Source: Methanobacteriota archaeon
GTDB taxonomy: Archaea > Halobacteriota > Bog-38 > Methanoflorentales > Methanoflorentaceae
Assembly (NCBI GenBank): GCA_963720465.1
Contig: OY970393.1
Coordinates: 1,952,001-2,016,000, forward strand
DNA length: 64,000 nucleotides
Reading direction: 5' to 3'
Below the pieces are notes generated by a model. It was not told the origin of the DNA. It did not search any database and worked only from the letters and a program-made list of their open reading frames with translations. The translations under genes and the position numbers were made by a program. Below, piece by piece: positions 60,071 to 64,000 of the stretch; position 1 is the stretch's first letter, and every line of letters begins with the position of its first letter.

Positions 60071-60529
60071 GTGAGCGACTCGATTTGCGATGCAGAGGCG
60101 ATTATAGCCTGCTGCGGGAATCCACTCTACGGCGATAATGGCTTCGGGACTGCCTTAGCTCCTGTACTAAAAGAGACATTGAATGGCGCACCGCGCCTTA
60201 AGATCGTCGACGTCGGCAGAGGGTACTTCTTATTTGGTATTCTTGGATGCAAGAAGCTCGTACTCGTCGATTCGATAGATTTCGGAGGTGCTCCTGGAGA
60301 GCTAAGAAAGTTTTCCACAGATGATGTCGATAGGGATCGTTACGCCGATCATCAGTGCTGGCAGACGTCTACACCACTCGACGAGTTAGAGGAACGATGT
60401 GAGGTAGTAATCGTTGCGTGCCAGCCAAAGACTTATAAGCAAATCGAATTTGGACTTACAGAAGAAGTTAAAGGATCGATTCCTGATGCTACGGAGTTAA
60501 TCCAAAAAGAAGTAGAGGAGTATTTATGA
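60071..60529 (+). CDS. frhD: Hydrogenase maturation protease
   Basis: CGNPL.GDNGFG, VDSIDFG..PG, CQP and GLTEEV motifs; position in the operon. Confidence 0.88.
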   Translation: MSDSICDAEAIIACCGNPLYGDNGFGTALAPVLKETLNGAPRLKIVDVGRGYFLFGILGCKKLVLVDSIDFGGAPGELRKFSTDDVDRDRYADHQCWQTSTPLDELEERCEVVIVACQPKTYKQIEFGLTEEVKGSIPDATELIQKEVEEYL

Positions 60530-61389
60530 GCCCGTTTTGGAAGAAAGAGAAGAAATCTGACGCCGAAAACATCGCGGAGATGCAGAGGGCCAGCCCTCCG
60601 GCTGCAGAAGAGAAAACGGAGGCCGCTCAACCGGAAATAACAGTGAAGCCCGCAGAAGCGGAGGCTGAGGTGAAAGAAATGGCTGCTGCAAAACCAAAAG
60701 TACTGACGTCAGTATTTAGCGGATGCACGGGGTGTCTTGTATCGCTAACCGACAACTACGACATTCTCCTTGATTTGCTCGACGCGATAGACTACCGGTA
60801 TGAGACTACGCTTGCGGACGTACGAGAAGTTCCCGATGAACAAATGGATATCGCCATTGTTCACGGTTCTATTTGTCTGCAGGATAAGAGACAGGTTGAC
60901 GATATACGGAAGATACGACAGAATTCGACGTTTTTAGTCGCCCTAGGCGGTTGTGCCGCTTCAGGAAACGTGACTCGATACAGCGTAGGTGGACAGGCGG
61001 CGACGCCGTCTCACGAATCGTTCGTTCCCGTCGCGAATCTCGTTAAAGTTGATTTCGCACTTCCTGGATGTCCTACGGGTCCTGAGGCGATCGCGAACAC
61101 GATACTCGCAGCGGTAGGTGCGGACCTCGAGTACTTGAAGCCCCTCGCCGACCTTGCGGGATTTGCGTGCGGCTGTGACCTACTGACAAAAATCATCGGA
61201 AACGGACTGTGCATCGGGTGTGGGACCTGTGCCATGGCGTGCCCAACGCGGGCGATTGACATGGACTACGGGCGGCCGCACGTCAACCAGGAGCTCTGTA
61301 TAAAATGCGGAGCGTGCTATGCACAATGTCCGAGGAGCTTCGAGCCGACCTTTGAAATGATAGAGAAGCGCGTCATGGGGGTGGAGTAG
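60526..61389 (+). CDS. frhG: F420-reducing hydrogenase small subunit
   Basis: SGCTGC, GGCA, PGCP, ACGCD, CIGCGTCAMACP and CIKCGACYAQCP; strong internal GAGGTGA RBS before in-frame ATG 60679. Confidence 0.93.
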   Translation: MSPFWKKEKKSDAENIAEMQRASPPAAEEKTEAAQPEITVKPAEAEAEVKEMAAAKPKVLTSVFSGCTGCLVSLTDNYDILLDLLDAIDYRYETTLADVREVPDEQMDIAIVHGSICLQDKRQVDDIRKIRQNSTFLVALGGCAASGNVTRYSVGGQAATPSHESFVPVANLVKVDFALPGCPTGPEAIANTILAAVGADLEYLKPLADLAGFACGCDLLTKIIGNGLCIGCGTCAMACPTRAIDMDYGRPHVNQELCIKCGACYAQCPRSFEPTFEMIEKRVMGVE

Positions 61390-62238
61390 ATGGTTCTAGG
61401 TAAGTACCTCGACATTATGACGGTTAAGACTACGGACAAGATTCTTCAGAGGAATTCACAAGACGGCGGCATAGTCAGCGCCCTTTTGATCCACGCCCTT
61501 GAAACCGGCGTGATTGAAGGAGCTATCGTCGCTATGCCGACCGAAGAACCTTGGAATCCGGAGCCATACGTCGCCACCACGCCTGAGGAGATTGTCGCAG
61601 CGGCCGGCACAAAATACGTGCTGTGTCCACTCAACAGCGCGCTGAAGATTGCGGCACGCGAGCAAGGCCTCGATAAGATCGGAATGGTCGGAATGCATTG
61701 CCTGACCTATGCGGTCCGAAAGATGCAACTCTACCCGTTTGGCGCGCGCCACCTGCCGAACAAGATGGCATTGCTTCTCGGCATATTCTGCACTGAGAAC
61801 TTCACCTACACAGGAATTAAAGCGATCGTCGAAGAGCTTCACAAGGTGAATATTGAACACGTCGAAAAGATGGATGTGTCAAAAGGCAAGATGATCGTTA
61901 CGTCAACCATGGGCGAGCGGGTCGAAGTCCCTGTGAAGATGACCCACAACTACGTTCAGCCGGGTTGCTATATTTGTCCCGACCTGACCGCGCGGACTGC
62001 CGATATATCAACTGGATCGATCGGCTCGCCCGACGGGTGGTCGACCGTCATGCCGCGGACCAAAGTCGGGAAGGACCTATTCCAAAGCGCAGTCGATATG
62101 GGCCTGTTTGAGACCAAGCCAATAGATCCCGGCAAGACCGGCATGGAAATGCTGACAAAGCTCGCGCAGAACAAGTGGGATCGCTCTGAGAAGACCAGGG
62201 CGGAAAGAGCGGAAATTGGGCTTCCAAATCCGTTCTAA
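61390..62238 (+). CDS. frhB: F420-reducing hydrogenase flavin subunit
   Basis: QDGGIV, AAGTKY, GIFCTENF and GC..C.D....ADISTGS.GSPDGWST motifs. Confidence 0.95.
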   Translation: MVLGKYLDIMTVKTTDKILQRNSQDGGIVSALLIHALETGVIEGAIVAMPTEEPWNPEPYVATTPEEIVAAAGTKYVLCPLNSALKIAAREQGLDKIGMVGMHCLTYAVRKMQLYPFGARHLPNKMALLLGIFCTENFTYTGIKAIVEELHKVNIEHVEKMDVSKGKMIVTSTMGERVEVPVKMTHNYVQPGCYICPDLTARTADISTGSIGSPDGWSTVMPRTKVGKDLFQSAVDMGLFETKPIDPGKTGMEMLTKLAQNKWDRSEKTRAERAEIGLPNPF

Positions 62239-62280
62239 CCCCCCCTCCTTTTTTATTTTTTGCAAACTTTTATATTTTTT
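62239..62280 (+). terminator. Oligo-T archaeal terminator after frhB
   Basis: CCTTTTTTATTTTTT...TTTTTT immediately after the stop. Confidence 0.6.
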
Positions 62281-62326
62281 AAATTATAATACTGGTTAAT
62301 GGAATTGCCGCTTGATAGGTGACCAC

Positions 62327-63544
62327 ATGGAGCTGCTGGCAGACGTGGGAGGAAAGCCCGGGGTTGATTGTCGCGGGTTTTGCAGTTACTGCTATTTTAA
62401 GAACGTAAAGGATTTTAAGCCATTTGGGTGTCGCTTCTGTTCGCCCCTCAGTGAGGGCTGTGACTTCTGCGGAAGAGCGATTGCAGAGAAATACGCGGGG
62501 TTTAAGCCACTGTTGCGCGTGGCGCAAGATGTCCACGCGACCCTCAAGATGAGCTCAAAAGATCCTGAAAAGGTAACGATAAGTGGCGGGGGGGACGTCA
62601 GCTGTTATCCCGATTTACTCGAGCTTGCCGAGTTACTTGCCAGCCTCCAAGTCCCGATCCATCTGGGGTACACAAGTGGCAAAGGCTTTGACAGTCCTGA
62701 AGCCGCCGATAAGCTAGTCGATAGTAACGTGCGTGAAGTATCATTTACCGTTTTTGCAACCGCCCCGCACTTGCGCAAACGCTATATGGGAGATCCTTCG
62801 CCTGAGGCTTCACTTCAATGCCTCTCGACCTTTTGCGCGTCCTGTGACGTTTACGGCGCCGCGGTAATTCTGCCTGGGGTCAACGACGGCGACGTCCTCA
62901 GAAAAACGTGTGACGATCTCGAGCGCATGGGTGCACGGGGTTTGATCTTGATGCGGTTCGCGAATCACGCGAAGGAAGGGTTAATTCTTGGGAATGCGCC
63001 CATAATCCGCAACCTTGAATCTCAGCCAATCGAGAGCTTCAAGGAACTAGTTAGCAGTATCAACGACGATTACAAGCTGCGAGTGACCGGTACGCCGCTG
63101 TGGGACCCTGAAATCGGATCGCCTTTCTACGTGGGAAGCAATCCCGAAGCGCACCTTCCTAGAACTGAGAAGCGCGCCACGGTGATTACCGGAGCTGTAG
63201 CGGGGCCGTATCTTCGTTCTATATTTCAGCGGATAGCGCCAAACGTCAACGTTGTGAGCACCGAAAAAGAGATCGCGTGTCTCATCACGCTCGACGACAT
63301 TCAGAAGCTGAATTTGGCGAATATGAATGACACGGTCATCATCCCTGGTCGGGCAATGGTGCACGACAAGGCCGCTACGGCGGCACTGCGCGCCGATGGA
63401 GTGTACCGAATTGTGCGGCGAGGGCCCGAACAACTCACAGTCGATGGCGAAATGAGTATCGGCCTGAGGCGCGAAGAAGTCTTGGGACGTGAGGTAGCAA
63501 GCTTTAAGGAACTAATTCGGACGATCAATGCGATAGGGACGTGA
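62327..63544 (+). CDS. mmp10: Methanogenesis marker 10; MCR arginine methyltransferase (radical SAM)
   Basis: DVGG.PG.DC.GFC.YCYF, PFGC..C.....GC..C, GGGD.SCYP, HLGYTSGKG, MRFAN and L..DGE.S motifs. Confidence 0.93.
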   Translation: MELLADVGGKPGVDCRGFCSYCYFKNVKDFKPFGCRFCSPLSEGCDFCGRAIAEKYAGFKPLLRVAQDVHATLKMSSKDPEKVTISGGGDVSCYPDLLELAELLASLQVPIHLGYTSGKGFDSPEAADKLVDSNVREVSFTVFATAPHLRKRYMGDPSPEASLQCLSTFCASCDVYGAAVILPGVNDGDVLRKTCDDLERMGARGLILMRFANHAKEGLILGNAPIIRNLESQPIESFKELVSSINDDYKLRVTGTPLWDPEIGSPFYVGSNPEAHLPRTEKRATVITGAVAGPYLRSIFQRIAPNVNVVSTEKEIACLITLDDIQKLNLANMNDTVIIPGRAMVHDKAATAALRADGVYRIVRRGPEQLTVDGEMSIGLRREEVLGREVASFKELIRTINAIGT

Positions 63545-63613
63545 GGCAGCCTAGAAATCGCCGAAAGACAGTCGATTTGCGTGCGCCGGGTGTGTCTAAC
63601 CGGGGGGGGGCTA

Positions 63614-64000
63614 CTAGAGAGCAAATCCCGCGACCGATTTCGTTTTGATTTTCAAGATAACGTATTCACGCATAAACGAAGGTCTAACTTCCGCCACGTC
63701 CGAGAGGGTCGGACCTTCAATGAACTTCACATTCCGTATTCTTTCGTAGTACTCGTCGTAAGGAAGCTTAATTCGCATACCGTCTAAATGCATCGTAATC
63801 GGCGTGGGAGAGAGGCTTTCGCCAACTTGTGGGATCTGTTGTGTGATCTCCTCCATGAGGCGGAAGGGGCTCACCGATAGTGGGTCCTTCTCAAGCTCTT
63901 CGCGCCTCTCATCCAAGGCTTTGCTGATCATTCCGACGATGCTATCCAGGATTGCGAACTCAGATTCTCGATGAAACCCTTTAGCGCGTCGTCCTATCCC
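63614..64000 (-). CDS. Methanogenesis marker protein 7, C-terminal part (runs off the window)
   Basis: DPL.V.P, P.PI...LDG.R.KLPYD and S.M..Y...K motifs; frame open to the window edge. Confidence 0.7.
   Translation of the reverse strand, partial: GIGRRAKGFHRESEFAILDSIVGMISKALDERREELEKDPLSVSPFRLMEEITQQIPQVGESLSPTPITMHLDGMRIKLPYDEYYERIRNVKFIEGPTLSDVAEVRPSFMREYVILKIKTKSVAGFAL

Noticed and set aside
60526-60678. Acidic N-terminal extension and internal start in frhG as a novelty
   Set aside because: Similar extensions with an internal start are, to my knowledge, already seen in other FrhG proteins

Overview
Archaeal DNA from a methanogen: it carries frhADGB, the methanogenesis markers mmp10 and mmp7, F420-dependent NADP reductase and archaeal lipid genes. 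A Halobacteriota/Methanomicrobia-type lineage, possibly Bog-38/Methanoflorens-like, is only an inference. Left to right: Hsp20; an overlapping vWA(MIDAS) gene plus HEAT-repeat/double-AAA gene that looks like a split midasin (Rea1); secreted and redox accessory genes; a convergent radical-SAM pair resembling GMGT lipid synthase and methylase; an 8-gene group-4 [NiFe]-hydrogenase operon; a tRNA-Val(CAC) 3' fragment inside a split-integrase-type ORF, followed by an HD hydrolase, an HTH protein and an orphan terminase pair; then core genes (HerA-like ATPase, DRG GTPase, a mini TFE-beta-like ORF, Lsm, tRNA-Gln, tes, carS, argF, purD, glmS, frh, mmp10, mmp7). Four single-base frameshifts (both hydrogenase large subunits, LysE, the integrase-N-like ORF) may be assembly errors. 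All family calls come from motif recognition by eye; no searches were run.
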